Below, one piece after another: positions 63,251 to 64,000 of a stretch of 64,000 nt of DNA. The notes beneath the pieces were generated by a model. It had not been told where the DNA came from. It did no database searches and saw only the letters and a list, made by a program, of their open reading frames with translations. The DNA is from Laetmonice hystrix (lineage: Eukaryota), in contig OZ249436.1 in assembly GCA_965235115.1 (NCBI GenBank), positions 50,346,001-50,410,000 on the forward strand. Reading direction: 5' to 3'. How positions within the stretch are numbered: the stretch's first letter is position 1; each line of letters begins with the position of its first letter. Made by a program: the position numbers and the translations under genes.

Positions 63251-64000
63251 AGACGATAAAATATGCATGTAAAATGCATGGTTGATTTTTTAAAGCGCGA
63301 TCCAATCTCTTTCAATATAGACATAGACTGTATAGACTAATCTATAGACTGTATTAATTAGGCTAGGGACCATCTTTCGGTTGCATGCATATGGTGCAAA
63401 CCTTCCAAAAACCGAACGGTAGACCCCCCTATGTGATTTTGAATTCCGTCTGAATAGATAACGTAAACAAAGAGTGATCCTAACCAGCCTGAGGGTTCGA
63501 CGATTTTCACCCAGGGCAGTTGGATTTCTTGAATCTCCATGGGGGATGAAACGGGAGGGGGGGGGGGGTTGTTCTTAACATCAATATATATAATCATTCG
63601 GCAAGAAAAGAACAGCTATAGCGATTGCTAACCTGCATGTATTTTAGATGTATTCTTAAAAGCCCCACGGTTATATAGATCCTCTTCTATTAACATCCCA
63701 ACTTCAACCTTTCTATATTCTTCTTTTTTTAATGTCAGTGTTTCTTAGAACCCCAGATTAGTTCCCTGTGGAGAGTAACTTTAAATTTAGACTCTTAAAT
63801 ATGCCTCTTTCCAAATTATGGTAGTTATACGCTCGCCTCTTCGCCGACCGCTTGTAATTTAAACCTGGCGTGAGACGAAAAAAGTTCAAGGTATAAATTA
63901 CCACTCAGAGTAACATGTAATTGATGAAGTCTGGCTCGTCTGCCCAGATCATAGATATCTTAGATATCTTAGATATCTTCAATAATAGCTATTCGGTGTC

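Overview
Eukaryotic, intron-rich DNA from a bilaterian invertebrate. A marine lophotrochozoan or deuterostome is inferred from the gene set, mosaic CpG depletion and repeat types. There are no prokaryotic systems, CRISPR arrays or RNA genes that I can support. I built four spliced genes by hand. (1) The first coding exon of a gliomedin/colmedin-like type II membrane protein (- strand, 27721-28230); its first intron probably covers 1-27720. (2) An AF9/ENL (MLLT3/MLLT1) YEATS-AHD gene (+, 35840-43108, about 686 aa). (3) A C3orf38/DUF4518 homolog (-, 50509-52640, about 287 aa). (4) An MS4A/CD20-like tetraspan protein (+, 54441-56661, about 333 aa). Non-coding DNA holds a 3.7-kb Academ-type fold-back transposon that carries a mirror-duplicated LINE fragment, a near-perfect 527-bp Kolobok-type palindrome, several MITEs with target-site duplications (TSDs), and four minisatellites. 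The most intriguing signals are a strong excess of TA-NNNN-TA palindromes (TAGGCCTA, TACATGTA, TAGATCTA), one of which is visibly an insertion into a satellite unit and may be a transposon excision footprint, CTCF-like motifs at gene borders, and a hidden, speculative urotensin-II-like prepropeptide frame near 62 kb.
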